Virus genome (UHGV): UHGV-0071094
Reading direction: 5' to 3' (one strand)
Source: a virus
DNA length: 31,554 nucleotides
A program made the position numbers and the translations under genes. The notes under the pieces are model-generated. The model saw only the letters and a program-made list of their open reading frames with translations. It did not search any database and had not been told where the DNA came from. Position 1 is the first letter of the stretch. The number at the start of each line of letters is the position of its first letter. Positions 18,039 through 29,834 of this stretch are shown one piece after another.

Positions 18039-18886
18039 TGGCTGATTCGAATCTTAATGTGCCGGTAATCATTCAGGCTACACGACTCGACACATCAGTC
18101 CTTCCGCGTAATATCTTCTCGCAGTCGTATCTGCTTTACGTTATCGCACAGGGAACTGATGTTGGTAACGTGGCTAACAAAGCCAACGAGGCCGGACAGG
18201 GCGCTTATGATGCACAGGTCAGGAACGATGAGCAGGATGTGATTCTCGCTGACCATGAGCAGCGAATTTCTGCTGCGGAAGCAACGCTTGTTAATCATGA
18301 GGAGCGAATCAGCCAGGCAGAATCAACTCTTCAGGAACATGAAACGCGAATCGCTCAGAATGAAAGCGATATTGCGTCGCTTGATACCAGAGTTCAGTCG
18401 CTGGAATCGCAGGTTTCAGACCATGAATCGCGCATTGATGCTCTGGAGTATGCCACTACTCGCAAGAAGTCAGAGGTTGTTTACTCTGGCGTATCAGTAA
18501 CCATTCCGACAGCGCCGACCAACCTTGTTAGCCTGCTGAAAACGCTCACGCCGTCATCAGGATCGTTGGCACCATTCTTCGACACCGTTAACAACAAGAT
18601 GGTTGTGTTCAACGAGAACAAAACCTTGTTCTTCAAGCTGTCGATCGTCGGGACGTGGCCCAGCGGAACCGCCAACAGGTCAATGCAGCTAACATTTTCC
18701 GGTTCTGTTCCTGACACACTGGTAAGCAGTCGCAACTCGGCGACAACAACCGACAACATCCTGTTAGCTACGTTCTTCAGCGTGGATAAAGACGGCTTTC
18801 TTGCCACAAATGGCAGTACGTTAACCATTCAGTCAAATGGTGCGGCGTTTACTGCCACAACCATCAAGATAATCGCGGAGCAGTGA
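18038..18886 (+). CDS. Tail needle protein (gp26-like) with C-terminal knob, Sf6-type
   Basis: ATG overlaps the gp10 stop (TAATG); N-terminus [36 protein letters not shown] conserved with P22 gp26; heptad-like coiled-coil middle; 282 aa with a ~130-aa C-terminal extension, as in Sf6-type needles. Confidence 0.8.
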   Translation: MADSNLNVPVIIQATRLDTSVLPRNIFSQSYLLYVIAQGTDVGNVANKANEAGQGAYDAQVRNDEQDVILADHEQRISAAEATLVNHEERISQAESTLQEHETRIAQNESDIASLDTRVQSLESQVSDHESRIDALEYATTRKKSEVVYSGVSVTIPTAPTNLVSLLKTLTPSSGSLAPFFDTVNNKMVVFNENKTLFFKLSIVGTWPSGTANRSMQLTFSGSVPDTLVSSRNSATTTDNILLATFFSVDKDGFLATNGSTLTIQSNGAAFTATTIKIIAEQ

Positions 18887-19341
18887 TGATTCAGTTCAAA
18901 CAAACGCGAAACATCGACCTGATCGAAGCAGTCGGAAATCACCCTGACATTATCGCCGGTAGCAACAACGGTGATGGATACGACTACAAGCCTGAATGCC
19001 GTTACTTTGAGGTTAACGTGCACGGTCAGTTTGGCGGCATTGTTTACTATCAGGAAATTCAGCCGCTTACATTCGATTGCCACGCCATGTACCTGCCAGA
19101 GGTTCGCGGCTTCAGCAAGGAAATCGGGATGGCGTTCTGGCAATACATTCTGACTAACACCACCGTTCAGTGCGTCACATCGTTCGCCGCACGCAAATTC
19201 CGCCACGGGCAGATTTACTGCGCAATGATTGGCCTTAAGCGTGTCGGAACCATCAAGAAATACTTCAAAGGCGTGGATGACGTGACTTTTTACAGCGCCA
19301 CACGCGAAGAACTAATCGACTTCCTGAATCACGGGAGATAG
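18883..19341 (+). CDS. P22 gp14-like virion assembly protein
   Basis: 152-aa ORF in the conserved position between the needle and gp7 genes; overlapping start/stop. Confidence 0.65.
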   Translation: MMIQFKQTRNIDLIEAVGNHPDIIAGSNNGDGYDYKPECRYFEVNVHGQFGGIVYYQEIQPLTFDCHAMYLPEVRGFSKEIGMAFWQYILTNTTVQCVTSFAARKFRHGQIYCAMIGLKRVGTIKKYFKGVDDVTFYSATREELIDFLNHGR

Positions 19342-19343
19342 CC

Positions 19344-20036
19344 ATGTTATATGCATTTAAGCTGGGCAGAAAACTGCGCGGCGAGGAACCTTGGTGCCCT
19401 GAAAAAGGCGGGAAAGGTGGTAGCTCTGATAAAAGCGCAAAGTATGCAGCAGAAGCCCAGAAGTATGCCGCAGACCTGCAAAATCAGCAGTGGCAGACGA
19501 TCATGAAAAACCTTGCTCCGTTCACGCCTCTTGCGGAGCAGTATGTTAACCAGCTTCAGAACCTTTCCAGTTTAGAAGGTCAGGGGCAGGCACTTAATCA
19601 GTATTACAACTCTCAGCAGTATAAAGACCTTGCAGGTCAGGCTCGTTACCAGAGTCTTGCTGCTGCGGAGGCTACGGGAGGACTTGGTTCGACAGCCACA
19701 AGCAATCAACTGGCTACGATCGCGCCGACTCTCGGTCAGTCGTGGTTATCAAACCAGATGAGCAATTACAACAATCTGGCAAACGTTGGGCTTGGTGCTC
19801 TGCAAGGTCAGGCAAACGCCGGGCAGACGTACGCCAACAACATGAGCAGCATTGCACAGCAAAGCGCAGCTCTTGCCGCTGCTAATGCCAACAAACCATC
19901 AAGTCTTCAGACAGCAATTAGTGGCGGAACGTCTGGTGCGATTGCCGGTGCAGGTCTTGCCAGCCTTTTGGGAACATCAACACCTTGGGGCGCTGGCATT
20001 GGTGCTGGTATCGGATTGCTTGGCTCGTTGTTTTAA
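19344..20036 (+). CDS. Ejection protein, P22 gp7-like
   Basis: 230-aa ORF, Gln/Ala/Gly-rich with a glycine-rich hydrophobic C-terminus; gene order and size match P22 gene 7. Confidence 0.75.
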   Translation: MLYAFKLGRKLRGEEPWCPEKGGKGGSSDKSAKYAAEAQKYAADLQNQQWQTIMKNLAPFTPLAEQYVNQLQNLSSLEGQGQALNQYYNSQQYKDLAGQARYQSLAAAEATGGLGSTATSNQLATIAPTLGQSWLSNQMSNYNNLANVGLGALQGQANAGQTYANNMSSIAQQSAALAAANANKPSSLQTAISGGTSGAIAGAGLASLLGTSTPWGAGIGAGIGLLGSLF

Positions 20037-20045
20037 GGGGTAATC

Positions 20046-21452
20046 ATGGCTACTTGGCAAGGATCAAATGGCGGATTGTTGGCTGGTATCGGCGGCGTCA
20101 ACTCAAACGCTCCGAGCGTAAATGACATCGGCAACACGCTTCAGCTTATCAGGCAGAACAATGATATTGAGCGTTCAGGCGCTAACAATGTTGGGCTGAC
20201 AGCTTTGCAAGGTCTTTCTGGTATTGCGGGTGTTTTTCAGCAGGAAAAGCAGGCTCAGCGGCAGAAAGAATTTCAGCAGGCATACGCTAATGCTTATGCG
20301 TCTGGTGATCGCGGTGCTTTGCGTCAGTTGGCTACTCAATATCCAGACCAGATTGAATCTGTTCGTAAAGGCATGGGATTCATTGATGAAGACCAGCGCA
20401 ATTCTATCGGCACCTTAGCGGCTGGCGCCCGCCTTGCATCATCGTCTCCAGAAGCAATGCAATCATGGCTGCAAAACAACGCCAAGGAACTGACTCGCGT
20501 CGGTGTTGACCCTAATAACGTTGCTCAGATGTATCAGCAGAACCCTTCAGGATTTGGTGAGTTTGTTGATCACCTTGGAATGGCTGCTCTTGGTCCGATT
20601 GATTACTTCAATGTTCAGGACAAGATGGCTGGTCGTGAGATTGATCGCGGAAAACTTGCAGAGACAATCCGCAGCAATCAGGCTGGAGAAGCACTTCAGG
20701 CGAGAGGGCAAAACCTTTCCTATCAGTCAGCAATGACTGGGCACAATATCGCAGCACAACGCTTGGCTCTGGATCAGCAAGAGTTCGGGTTTAAGATGCA
20801 GCAAGCGCAGGAAAAGGCTCAGCAGTTGATTAGCGAAGCACCTAAGCTGTCAGTAAACATGGAAAAAGGCATCGAGACGGCTGTAAACAATGCTACAGCA
20901 TCATCAAACTCAGCCAATTCTATGAGTGCGCTTGCTCAACAGTTCAGAGCAGAAAAACCAACGACAGGTTTGTTCGGTAACGCACAGAACATGTTCGCAA
21001 AACTTACCGGAAGCGATACAACATTGCGTGATTTGCGCATCCGCCAAAATGCCCTTGTTAACAGTCAGGTTCTTAAATTCCTACCTCCAGGCCCCGCAAC
21101 GGATAAAGACGTTGAGATCGTTCGGCAGGGGGCACCAACTGACATGGATAACCCTGAGACGGTCGCAAGATGGCTTGATGCAATGGCAAACCTTGAGCGA
21201 CGAAACGCGCAGTTTAATGAGTTTAAAGCCGAGTGGATGAGCGCGAATGGCAATCCAGGACAATCGCGTAATGGCGGTCAGATATTGGGGTTGGATGTTA
21301 AAAAAGGTGAATCATTGGGGAGTGCCGTTAAGCGGTATATGTCAATGAATACTGACGCAGCGCCAGCACAAGATTCGACACCTTCAGGAGAACCACGGAA
21401 TCAGGTTGGATCATATACCTCAAAATCAGGCATTCAATTTACGGTGGAATGA
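20046..21452 (+). CDS. Ejection protein, P22 gp20-like
   Basis: 468-aa ORF in conserved synteny (7-20-16); compositional similarity to P22 gp20. Confidence 0.75.
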   Translation: MATWQGSNGGLLAGIGGVNSNAPSVNDIGNTLQLIRQNNDIERSGANNVGLTALQGLSGIAGVFQQEKQAQRQKEFQQAYANAYASGDRGALRQLATQYPDQIESVRKGMGFIDEDQRNSIGTLAAGARLASSSPEAMQSWLQNNAKELTRVGVDPNNVAQMYQQNPSGFGEFVDHLGMAALGPIDYFNVQDKMAGREIDRGKLAETIRSNQAGEALQARGQNLSYQSAMTGHNIAAQRLALDQQEFGFKMQQAQEKAQQLISEAPKLSVNMEKGIETAVNNATASSNSANSMSALAQQFRAEKPTTGLFGNAQNMFAKLTGSDTTLRDLRIRQNALVNSQVLKFLPPGPATDKDVEIVRQGAPTDMDNPETVARWLDAMANLERRNAQFNEFKAEWMSANGNPGQSRNGGQILGLDVKKGESLGSAVKRYMSMNTDAAPAQDSTPSGEPRNQVGSYTSKSGIQFTVE

Positions 21453-23290
21453 TGAAAGTAACTGCAAACGGTAAGACATTTACCTTTCCTGATGGTACGA
21501 GCACCGAAGATATTGGCAACGCCATTGATGAGTATTATGCTGGTCAGGCTGTTCAGCAACAAACAGTTAATCAGGCCAATAATGCACCAACACGGGAAGA
21601 ACCATCATTGATCCAACAAGCTGGCGATTGGCTCACTGGTGGTCAAAGTGCAGGGCAAATTGCAGAACAGGCTGGTCGTGGTCTGGTAAACATACCATTT
21701 GACGTATTGCAGGGCGGCGCAAGTCTGATTAATGCAATCAGTCAGGGGCTTGGTGGACCCAAGGTTTTGGATGATGTTTATCGTCCAGTAGACAGACCGA
21801 CAGACCCCTACGCGCAAGCCGGTGAAACAATTGGTGGGTATTTAGTTCCAGGAGTTGGAACGGCAGGAAGCATGGCTATTGGATCACTGGCAGAGGCCGC
21901 AAATCAGAAAGGCGATTTCGCACAAAATGCAGCTAAAAATGCCGGAGTTAACCTTGCCACTCAGGGTGTTCTTTCCGCAGCAGCAAAGGGAATAGGGCGT
22001 GGAATAACGGCTATAAAAGGTGATATTGCGCCAGAAGTGGCGAAGAAAATTGCCACATCAGAATCGATGGGCGTGACACCAATGACATCTGATGTTATCC
22101 CGCCGAAAAATGCTTTCACTCGCGGCCTAACTCAGGATGCCGAGGGGGCTTTGCTCGGGACAGGCTCAAAGCGAGCGGAGCAATATGCAACGCGTAGTAA
22201 GCTGGTAAGTAATTATTTTGACCGTTTTGGTGAGTACAACCCTGATGATGTGGTGAAATCTCTTACCACCACGTTAAGGGGGCGGAAGGATGCCGCTGGC
22301 GCTGTTATCAATGACGTCACCAATAAAATGGGTAATGCCGCAGTTGATACCACAAATACCATGAATGCTCTGAATACAGCGATCGCAAGACAGGAACGGC
22401 TTGGGACGTCTGCCAATCAAAGCCTGCTTACATCCTTGCGTAACCTACGTGAAGAATTAGCAAACCCTGCAACTGATTTGGATGTTACGTTTGATCTCTT
22501 GCGTCAGCACAGAACAGCATTTAGATCTAATGTTCAGGGAGATGCTATGGTCTTCCCCAACCAGGCAAAAGCAGCTACCAATATGGTAGAGAATGCAATG
22601 TCAAAAGACCTTCGTAACGCAGTTGCTAAAAACCTCGGTGCATCAGACGCAGCAAAATACCTTAAAGCAAATTCCGATTATGCAAACGTTTATAATAAGG
22701 TGCTTAATAAAAACATTGCTAACAAGCTCAACAAGGCAAGCAGTGAAGCCAGTCCTGAACTTATAAATACCGTTGTATTAAGCAGAAAACCATCTGACGT
22801 GAAACGAATATGGAGCGCCCTGGATGATAAAGGGAAAGATGCTATGCGTGCAGCTTACGTCAGCAAAATAGCGGAAAAGGCCGGTGACTCTCCAGCCAAG
22901 TTCATCACTGAAGTTAATAAGCTGAAATCTCAGTCAGGCGGTGAAATTTACAACACTATTTTTTCTGGAAAGCACATGAAAGAGCTTGATGCTCTTCATG
23001 AAGTTCTACAGCAAACAGCAAGGTCAGACACCGCAAATGTAGTAACTCAGACGGGGCAATCACAAGCCAACAGGATAAGGACGATTGGCGCAACTGCGAC
23101 TCTTGGTGTATCAATGGGGCTTGAGGCTGGCTTTGGTGCAATGATGCGTTTGTATGAGTCCAAAGCAGCAAGGAATGCTCTCTTACGTCTGGCAAACACT
23201 AAAGCTGGAACGCCAGCCTATGAAAGAGCGTTGAGTAACGCTGCAAATGCCATCAGGCCGCTGCTTGCTACTGAGGCAACACAGCAGTAA
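21449..23290 (+). CDS. Ejection protein, P22 gp16-like
   Basis: 613-aa ORF; N-terminus [16 protein letters not shown] and size fit P22 gp16; overlaps the gp20 stop. Confidence 0.75.
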   Translation: MMKVTANGKTFTFPDGTSTEDIGNAIDEYYAGQAVQQQTVNQANNAPTREEPSLIQQAGDWLTGGQSAGQIAEQAGRGLVNIPFDVLQGGASLINAISQGLGGPKVLDDVYRPVDRPTDPYAQAGETIGGYLVPGVGTAGSMAIGSLAEAANQKGDFAQNAAKNAGVNLATQGVLSAAAKGIGRGITAIKGDIAPEVAKKIATSESMGVTPMTSDVIPPKNAFTRGLTQDAEGALLGTGSKRAEQYATRSKLVSNYFDRFGEYNPDDVVKSLTTTLRGRKDAAGAVINDVTNKMGNAAVDTTNTMNALNTAIARQERLGTSANQSLLTSLRNLREELANPATDLDVTFDLLRQHRTAFRSNVQGDAMVFPNQAKAATNMVENAMSKDLRNAVAKNLGASDAAKYLKANSDYANVYNKVLNKNIANKLNKASSEASPELINTVVLSRKPSDVKRIWSALDDKGKDAMRAAYVSKIAEKAGDSPAKFITEVNKLKSQSGGEIYNTIFSGKHMKELDALHEVLQQTARSDTANVVTQTGQSQANRIRTIGATATLGVSMGLEAGFGAMMRLYESKAARNALLRLANTKAGTPAYERALSNAANAIRPLLATEATQQ

Positions 23291-23314
23291 CGTATGGGGA
23301 ATTGGATTCAATCG

Positions 23315-23704
23315 TTAACATTTTCTTTTTACTTTTCCAACAAAAGCTTTGGTTGAATCCATATTCCCATAACCAGAAATGGTTTTCGACATTAAAACTG
23401 TTCCATTAGGATGTATTACCCATGAGTCGATAACTCGTTGAGTTTCGCCATTCGCGCCGATTCCAATGATGGAGTTTTTAGACAATGCTTTGTAAGCCAT
23501 GCCGCCCGCATCCGTCCCAGAATATGTGATACTGGCATCTTCACCGTTTGTCTTAATGATGAATGTTCCACTAAAACCATCTTCTTCCGGTTGAAAATTA
23601 TTTCGTTCTGAATAGCTTATTCCGTGCATATCTCCAACGACCCAGCACTCTGCTGAGACAGAAAACGAGAAGACAAGGAAAGCCATTGCTATAATCAATT
23701 TCAT
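23315..23704 (-). CDS. Hypothetical secreted protein (129 aa), moron in the sieA position
   Basis: N-terminal signal peptide MKLIIAMAFLVFSFSVSA; no recognised domain; same strand as and downstream of mnt. Confidence 0.55.
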   Translation of the reverse strand: MKLIIAMAFLVFSFSVSAECWVVGDMHGISYSERNNFQPEEDGFSGTFIIKTNGEDASITYSGTDAGGMAYKALSKNSIIGIGANGETQRVIDSWVIHPNGTVLMSKTISGYGNMDSTKAFVGKVKRKC

Positions 23705-23719
23705 TTTAAGCCCTTATTG

Positions 23720-24055
23720 TTATTGATTCTTTTTGCACGGAAATGTTTTTCCTACTGCTAGGGCGGTTAGTATAACTGCACTCTCATTTCTTGATTCTGG
23801 GTTTTTGTTTAGATATTTCTCAACGATATCGGTGTATTGATACATGTCAACGCCATCAGGAGGACATAGAGAACCAATTAGTATCAATGAGTCAGTTACT
23901 CCGCGCAAATATCCAGTAATGTAAAGCGATGAAAAATCATCACCCTTTTTACCTTGTTGAATGTTGTAAAGAAGGTCATTACCCGTTTGAAGCTCGCGCA
24001 GCTCAGCACTGGAAGAAGAGACAACTGCTAACAAGAACAGTGATAGAAATCTCAT
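23720..24055 (-). CDS. Hypothetical secreted protein (111 aa), moron co-transcribed with mnt
   Basis: Signal peptide MRFLSLFLLAVVSSSSA; two Cys (possible disulfide); start overlaps the mnt stop. Confidence 0.55.
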   Translation of the reverse strand: MRFLSLFLLAVVSSSSAELRELQTGNDLLYNIQQGKKGDDFSSLYITGYLRGVTDSLILIGSLCPPDGVDMYQYTDIVEKYLNKNPESRNESAVILTALAVGKTFPCKKNQ

Positions 24056-24306
24056 TTCAAATCCTTTTCATAAATCTTTTTAAGTGTCTCAAACACTATA
24101 GCCTTGAACTGCTCAGCCTGCTGATCAGCCAAGCGTTCAGCTTCGTCGCGATATCCTGTAATCGGTGATGGTTTTGATAGTGCATCCTGAACGATTTGTA
24201 ATAACTCAGAGTTCATTGACCTTCCGTTAGCCTCGGCTCTTAATTTCAATTTTTCTCTTACTTCCAAAGGCATACGGAAGTTAAAGTGCGGATCATCTCT
24301 AGCCAT
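24052..24306 (-). CDS. mnt: Mnt repressor (Arc/MetJ ribbon-helix-helix family)
   Basis: 84-aa ORF MARDDPHFNFRMP.EVREKLK.RAEANGRSMNSELLQIVQDALSKPSP.TGYR closely resembles P22 Mnt; divergent from arc, with operators between. Confidence 0.85.
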   Translation of the reverse strand: MARDDPHFNFRMPLEVREKLKLRAEANGRSMNSELLQIVQDALSKPSPITGYRDEAERLADQQAEQFKAIVFETLKKIYEKDLK

Positions 24307-24328
24307 GCCATCACTCCAAGTTAGTGTA

Positions 24329-24380
24329 TTGACATGATAGAAGCACTCTACTATATTCTCAATAGGTCCACCGTGGACCT
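24329..24380. promoter_or_regulatory. immI control region: Pant-like promoter with Arc operator and Mnt operator
   Basis: TTGACA (24329-24334) and TATATT (24352-24357) with 17-bp spacing; the 21-bp ATGATAGAAGCACTCTACTAT (24334-24354) matches the P22 arc operator as recalled; the 17-bp palindrome AGGTCCACCGTGGACCT (24364-24380) matches the Mnt operator. Confidence 0.7.
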
Positions 24381-24396
24381 ATATTGTGAGGTGAAC

Positions 24397-24558
24397 ATGA
24401 AAGGAATGAGCAAAATGCCACAGTTCAATTTGCGGTGGCCTAAAGAAGTATTGGATTTGGTACGCAAGGTGGCGGAAGAAAATGGTCGGTCTGTTAATTC
24501 TGAGATTTATCAGCGAGTAATGGAAAGCTTTAAGAAGGAAGGGCGCATTGGTGCGTAA
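24397..24558 (+). CDS. arc: Arc repressor
   Basis: Internal start of ORF 24334..24558 gives a 53-aa protein MKGMSKMPQFNLRWP.EVLDLVRKVAEENGRSVNSEIYQRVMESFKKEGRIGA resembling P22 Arc; GAGGTGA RBS. Confidence 0.85.
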   Translation: MKGMSKMPQFNLRWPKEVLDLVRKVAEENGRSVNSEIYQRVMESFKKEGRIGA

Positions 24559-24626
24559 AGTTGAAGCCCCAACTGCTGTAACAGTCAGGGCTTCGGCATC
24601 AACAAATCGGATTAGGAAATATTGAC

Positions 24627-25505
24627 ATGAAAAGTATAGCAAAGGCACAAAACGATTTCACCATCTTCAAATTCGGCGACAGTGAAATCCGCGTCATCAA
24701 CAAGTGCGGTGAGCCGTGGTTTGTAGCTAAAGATGTTTGTGATGCTTTAGATTTGACTAACTCACGCAAGGCGCTTACTGCACTTGATGACGATGAAAAG
24801 GGAGTAACTTTAAGTTACACCCTTGGTGGTGAGCAGAATCTAAGCATTGTGAGCGAATCAGGTATGTATACATTGGTTCTGCGCTGCCGCGATGCAGTCA
24901 ATAAAGGTTCAGTCCCGCACAAATTCCGCAAGTGGGTAACAGCAGAAGTTCTGCCTTCAATTCGCAAACATGGCGAGTATGTAAAAGGAAAGAAAACCAC
25001 TGTTGAGGAAAGAACACCGCTACGCGATGCAGTAAACATGCTGGTAGGAAAGAAAGGACTTCGCTATGACGATGCATACAATATGGTTCATCAGCGTTTT
25101 GGTATTGACAGCATTGATGAACTTTCAATTGAACAAATCCCGCTGGCCGTAGAGTACATCCACAGGGTAGTGCTTGAAGGTGAGTTCATTGGCAAACAAG
25201 AGAAGAAAACCAACGAGCTTTCTGCAAAAGAAGCAAACAGCCTTGTATGGTTATGGGATTATGCCAACCGCTCACAGGCATTATTCCGCGAACTGTATCC
25301 GGCGCTAAAACAAATTCAATCGAACTATTCCGGCAGATGCTACGACTACGGTCATGAATTCTCGTATGTTATCGGAATGGCGAGAGACGTTTTAATAAAC
25401 CACACACGAGATGTTGATATTAATGAGCCAGACGGACCAACGAATCTTTCCGCATGGATGAGACTTAAGAATAAAGAATTGCCTCATTCAGTACATAACT
25501 ACTGA
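24627..25505 (+). CDS. ant: Antirepressor Ant (Bro-N plus Ant C-terminal domain)
   Basis: 292-aa ORF downstream of arc; N-terminal ...[28 protein letters not shown]... is Bro-N/KilA-N-like; position and size as P22 ant. Confidence 0.8.
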   Translation: MKSIAKAQNDFTIFKFGDSEIRVINKCGEPWFVAKDVCDALDLTNSRKALTALDDDEKGVTLSYTLGGEQNLSIVSESGMYTLVLRCRDAVNKGSVPHKFRKWVTAEVLPSIRKHGEYVKGKKTTVEERTPLRDAVNMLVGKKGLRYDDAYNMVHQRFGIDSIDELSIEQIPLAVEYIHRVVLEGEFIGKQEKKTNELSAKEANSLVWLWDYANRSQALFRELYPALKQIQSNYSGRCYDYGHEFSYVIGMARDVLINHTRDVDINEPDGPTNLSAWMRLKNKELPHSVHNY

Positions 25506-25521
25506 CAGATAACCAACGCAA

Positions 25522-25548
25522 CGACCCAGCTTCGGCTGGGTTTTTTTA
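25522..25548 (+). terminator. Rho-independent terminator after ant
   Basis: ACCCAGC-TTCG-GCTGGGT hairpin followed by TTTTTTTAT. Confidence 0.55.
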
Positions 25549-25605
25549 TGCCCAAAATTCACCGTAGCTACGCTGCGGCGATTCCTTGTATCTGGAGCAA
25601 ATTAA

Positions 25606-27567
25606 ATGACAGACATTACAGCCAATGTGATCGTATCGATGCCTTCGCAACTCTTCACTATGGCTCGTTCTTTTAAAGCTGTAGCCAATGGCAAAATTTA
25701 TATCGGAAAAATTGACACTGACCCGGTAAATCCAGAAAACCAGATTCAGGTTTATGTAGAGAATGAAGACGGCTCTCACGTTCCTGTTTCACAACCAATC
25801 ATCATTAACGCTGCCGGATATCCGGTATATAACGGACAGATTGCCAAGTTCGTAACTGTGCAAGGCCACTCTATGGCTGTTTATGATGCGTACGGTGCGC
25901 AGCAGTTCTATTTTCCGAATGTGCTGAAGTACGACCCTGATCAATTGGAGCAAAGATTGTCTTCGCCGGATGGAGCCAGTGACATTGGTGTTCAGCCAAG
26001 GGGGAATCTTGCACAGACAATTCTATTTGTAACCCCTGAGCAGTTCGGTGCTATTGGCGATGGGATAGCCCATCCATTATCTGAGCGCTATGCGACCCTT
26101 GCCGCAGCGCAGGCCGTGTATCCTTTCGTGACATCTCTGACGCAGACCATCGACTGGGCTGCATGCCAGGCGGCTGAGAACTATGCGCGAGGTAAAACAG
26201 CGGTAAGATGCCCTTTCTACGCCAAGTATCATCTTGGCAACAACTACCTAAAACTAGGTGAAAAAGCAAAATGGTATGGCAATGATATGCCTAGCCTGGA
26301 CCGTGATTGCACCATGTTTATCAGGGAGGGTAGCTCAGGTGGATTTGGGCAAGATTGTATTGTTAGGGTGGCAACAGCTGCAGAAGTAGGCAGCTCTGAT
26401 GAATTCGTCCGCGGCATAGTATTCAAAGGGTTCCGTCTCACAAGGAATCGCCCAAGAAGGTATAACAGTAAATATGACAGTACGATAGGGTTCCACGCCG
26501 ACCACGCGCTCGGATTGCAAGTAAATATCAGCGTTAACGGATGCGAATATGGCTTCCTTGGTTATGTATGCTGGAATGTTTCAGGGACGGTAAGGTTTGA
26601 TTCTTGCCATAAAAGCCTTTGGTTAGACCCAGCTACGGCTACCCCTGAATACACTCCAGTAGCAGGTGCTGTAATGACGGCTGTTAACCTGAGGGTAGAG
26701 GTCGATGCTTGCGTTTATGGGCCAGTTGTTCGTCGAGCAAAATACGGCAAATTATCAGGATGGGTTGAAGGAATGCTCATTAACCCAACCGTATACCCTA
26801 TTTATGACACTGGAAACGAAACTGCTATTGCACTTACCACGTATAACTGTGACAGCTTTGATGTTACAGAGCTTGGTATAGAAGCCTGGCAGGGCGCCCA
26901 TGTCTATAACTATGGTGGAAGCATATCTGTCAACTTAAGTTGGACTCAGGATTATTACCTGACAAACACAACTGGTAAGCATGGTCCTTACCATGCAATG
27001 TCAGTTCTTATGGGCAATTCTGAGCTGTTTACTCTACCAGCAACAGCTAATGCCCAATATTATAATTTAAATGTTGGTTGCCTTGTAATTCGCAATCTCA
27101 GCGGAGACTGGAGTAATACAACTAATTTCGGCAGCGTATACTTTGCCACGACAGATGCGACATCTCGTACTGTGTTCGAGAACTCTCATGTGTACTTTGG
27201 CAGTAACGTAGCACGATTTGCCCCTGGATTCCTGGGTAATTTCGACACGGTTGGCGGGAGATATATCATCGACGCCATAACCCCAAATGGATATACAAAG
27301 GTAGGCCCTAACTATTTTGTTAAAACATCATGGGGATTAAAGGCGATAAACGGAGGAGATGGAAGGGTATCTATCACCGTTGGCACAGACACACCAACAA
27401 ATCTCAAGTTGCATGACGTGTCTGCATACGTCATTACAAGCACAACATCTCAACCCCTCCCAATAGCTGTAGTGTCGACATCAGATACTGAAATTTCTTT
27501 CCAGACAGCAGTAACTACAACAGCATTCAGCATCAACTGGAAAGCTTACGTAAGCTGGTCTGCTTGA
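25606..27567 (+). CDS. Tailspike protein with P22-type N-terminal head-binding domain and divergent receptor-binding domain
   Basis: 653-aa ORF; first ~115 aa ([11 protein letters not shown]...[35 protein letters not shown]...[24 protein letters not shown]) match the conserved P22 gp9 N-terminus; the remainder is unrelated to P22 gp9 as recalled. Confidence 0.85.
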   Translation: MTDITANVIVSMPSQLFTMARSFKAVANGKIYIGKIDTDPVNPENQIQVYVENEDGSHVPVSQPIIINAAGYPVYNGQIAKFVTVQGHSMAVYDAYGAQQFYFPNVLKYDPDQLEQRLSSPDGASDIGVQPRGNLAQTILFVTPEQFGAIGDGIAHPLSERYATLAAAQAVYPFVTSLTQTIDWAACQAAENYARGKTAVRCPFYAKYHLGNNYLKLGEKAKWYGNDMPSLDRDCTMFIREGSSGGFGQDCIVRVATAAEVGSSDEFVRGIVFKGFRLTRNRPRRYNSKYDSTIGFHADHALGLQVNISVNGCEYGFLGYVCWNVSGTVRFDSCHKSLWLDPATATPEYTPVAGAVMTAVNLRVEVDACVYGPVVRRAKYGKLSGWVEGMLINPTVYPIYDTGNETAIALTTYNCDSFDVTELGIEAWQGAHVYNYGGSISVNLSWTQDYYLTNTTGKHGPYHAMSVLMGNSELFTLPATANAQYYNLNVGCLVIRNLSGDWSNTTNFGSVYFATTDATSRTVFENSHVYFGSNVARFAPGFLGNFDTVGGRYIIDAITPNGYTKVGPNYFVKTSWGLKAINGGDGRVSITVGTDTPTNLKLHDVSAYVITSTTSQPLPIAVVSTSDTEISFQTAVTTTAFSINWKAYVSWSA

Positions 27568-27598
27568 AAAAAGCCCCTAATGGGGCTTTCCTTTTAAG
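27567..27598. terminator. Bidirectional terminator-like hairpin between tailspike and gtr operon
   Basis: AGCCCC-TAAT-GGGGCT stem-loop flanked by A-run and T-run; overlaps the last codons of the converging minus-strand gene. Confidence 0.5.
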
Positions 27599-28911
27599 AT
27601 ATAAACCAAAGATGATATTGACAAGAATACGACCATATCAAAAGAGAATGATAGTCCAAACAGATGCTTTGATAGATCCCGGTAACCTTCTCCTATAAAT
27701 GATATGTAAAATTGAGAAATACCAAAAAGAGAAACTAGAACCACCGGAACGGACATACTCCTTGTCTTTCTGCTAACGAGAAACGCTACCATTATCAAAA
27801 TCATGACAAACATACGAAGGTTTCCGAAAAATCTATCTTTAAGATGCGTCAACTGAGTTGACCATGTGATTCTGTCGTCGACTATGACCTTTATAGTCTT
27901 TGCTACATGAATATAATCAGTTACCAGATTATCTTTCACTACATCATCAAAAGGGAGCATAAAAATGATACTTGGATGCTTGATGTATTCACGTACAGAA
28001 TCAATAAAACTTACGTTCTTATTGTTTTCATAGCATGACTTACCAAGCGTAGAGCGATGCGATCCTTTTTCCTTGTCTAACTGCCCACCCCAAGCATCAA
28101 TTCCAATGCACTTTTCATCAACCCCGCCTGGAAGATCTATATCATTCATCTTTTCGTAAGCGTAAACTCCGTAGTAGGCAGAGTGATACTTATTGAAATT
28201 AGTGGCGTCAGATGAATTCATTACAAAAATAACACATGCAACCTGAGAAATGGCAAGGCCAGCTAAAGCTAATTTCCTGTAGTTGTAAAAATAGAACACA
28301 AATGGCATTGACAGCAACGGTATGTAAAAAAATTGACTTTTGCTCCCGCCGATAACAAAAGCAGATATCACAAACAGTGTGGTGGTAAGTAATGTGTTTT
28401 CCCTTCTTACAAGGCACATAGCCATTAATGGAAGGAAGACCAACACAACCTGCTCCTGGTAAAATGAAGGGAAGAATGCAATGTTAGATGAGGAGCACAA
28501 GAAAATAATCAATATTAATGCAATAGCATAATCCACATATGATATATGCCCTCTATGCAACTTAACATACAGAGAGAAAAGAATTGCAATATAAATCGAC
28601 TTTAATGCTGCTGATAAGATTCTAGCATCAAGTTGGTCTGTAAATAATTTAAAAATACCACCTATAAAGTACAGGATATAAGAGTATGTGCTCATGTAAG
28701 TAAACTTACTAATTCCCCAAAACTCATCATAAAGATGATACTTTAGGTCCATGCTATGCTGGAATGACGGTATTGGCGGCATGAATGGGAATATTGCGCG
28801 ATGGAAATCACCCGTGTTAATCATGTACACGTTTTTTGTAGTAGCAATGACAATTATTGAAAATACAATTAAAATCCATGCTTCTAAACGGACACCAAGA
28901 AATCTATTCAT
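27577..28911 (-). CDS. Type-specific O-antigen glucosyltransferase (GtrC/GtrS-like polytopic membrane protein)
   Basis: 444-aa highly hydrophobic ORF directly downstream of and overlapping gtrB; conserved third position of gtr clusters. Confidence 0.75.
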   Translation of the reverse strand: MNRFLGVRLEAWILIVFSIIVIATTKNVYMINTGDFHRAIFPFMPPIPSFQHSMDLKYHLYDEFWGISKFTYMSTYSYILYFIGGIFKLFTDQLDARILSAALKSIYIAILFSLYVKLHRGHISYVDYAIALILIIFLCSSSNIAFFPSFYQEQVVLVFLPLMAMCLVRRENTLLTTTLFVISAFVIGGSKSQFFYIPLLSMPFVFYFYNYRKLALAGLAISQVACVIFVMNSSDATNFNKYHSAYYGVYAYEKMNDIDLPGGVDEKCIGIDAWGGQLDKEKGSHRSTLGKSCYENNKNVSFIDSVREYIKHPSIIFMLPFDDVVKDNLVTDYIHVAKTIKVIVDDRITWSTQLTHLKDRFFGNLRMFVMILIMVAFLVSRKTRSMSVPVVLVSLFGISQFYISFIGEGYRDLSKHLFGLSFSFDMVVFLSISSLVYILKGKPH

Positions 28912-29834
28912 TTCAAATCCCTGTTTTTCTTCAGAATAAATCTTGGACGCTGCTTGGACTCAACATATATCCTGCCAATGTACTCACCAAGAACGCCAAT
29001 GCCAATCAATTGAACCCCGCCAAGGAACAGAATAGAGACAAGCAGGGATGGATATCCACGCACAGCATTGCCGAAGGCCAGTGTGTCGATAATCATCCAA
29101 GCACCGTACAGAAACGCCACTCCAGCTACGAACAGGCCAATGTAAGTCCACATGCGCAACGGGAAAGTAGAGAAGCTTGTGATCCCCTCAAGTGCCAGGT
29201 TCCACAGTTTCCATCCATTAAATTTAGTACTGCCTGCCACTCGTTCTGCGCGTGCATACTCGACAACATCTGTGCGACCGCCAACCCAACTCAGCACACC
29301 TTTCATAAAAAGGTTGCGCTCTGGCATAAGCTTAATGTTTTCGACAACTTCACGGCTCATTAACCGGAAATCGCCGACATTCTCCTCGATCTTTGGGTTG
29401 CTTATTTTGTTGTGCAATTTATAAAACCACTCTGCCGTTTTGCGTTTCAGTCGTCCGTCAGTTGAGCGATCAGTTCGCTTAGCCAGCACCATATCAGAGC
29501 CTGCCTGCCACTTTTCAATCAGATGAGGAATAACCTCAATCGGGTCTTGCAGGTCAACATCAATAGGAATAACGGCATCACCTGTTGCATGGTCTAACCC
29601 TGCAAACAATGCTGGTTCTTTACCAAAGTTTCGTGTAAATGACAGCGGAACAATTAGAGGATCTGAAACGGACAGAGCGTTAATGATTGACTCCGTAGCG
29701 TCTTTGCTACCATCATTTATAAAAACAATTTCCACTTCATATGGCTTCAACTCTTCGAATTCACGTACCGTTTTATAAAAAATTGGTATCGCTTCCTCTT
29801 CATTGAAGACAGGAACGACCAGAGATATCTTCAT
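28908..29834 (-). CDS. gtrB: Bactoprenol glucosyltransferase GtrB (GT2 family)
   Basis: 308-aa [19 protein letters not shown]...FINDGSKD...DVDLQDP... (GT-A DxD), C-terminal transmembrane helices; overlaps gtrA and the type-specific gene. Confidence 0.85.
   Translation of the reverse strand: MKISLVVPVFNEEEAIPIFYKTVREFEELKPYEVEIVFINDGSKDATESIINALSVSDPLIVPLSFTRNFGKEPALFAGLDHATGDAVIPIDVDLQDPIEVIPHLIEKWQAGSDMVLAKRTDRSTDGRLKRKTAEWFYKLHNKISNPKIEENVGDFRLMSREVVENIKLMPERNLFMKGVLSWVGGRTDVVEYARAERVAGSTKFNGWKLWNLALEGITSFSTFPLRMWTYIGLFVAGVAFLYGAWMIIDTLAFGNAVRGYPSLLVSILFLGGVQLIGIGVLGEYIGRIYVESKQRPRFILKKNRDLK

Noticed and set aside
18829-19206. Minus-strand 125-aa ORF (with others such as 18481..18828, 21605..21817, 22213..22416, 26051..26520) inside the ejection, needle and tailspike genes
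   Set aside because: Antisense shadow ORFs within high-confidence phage genes; no independent support.
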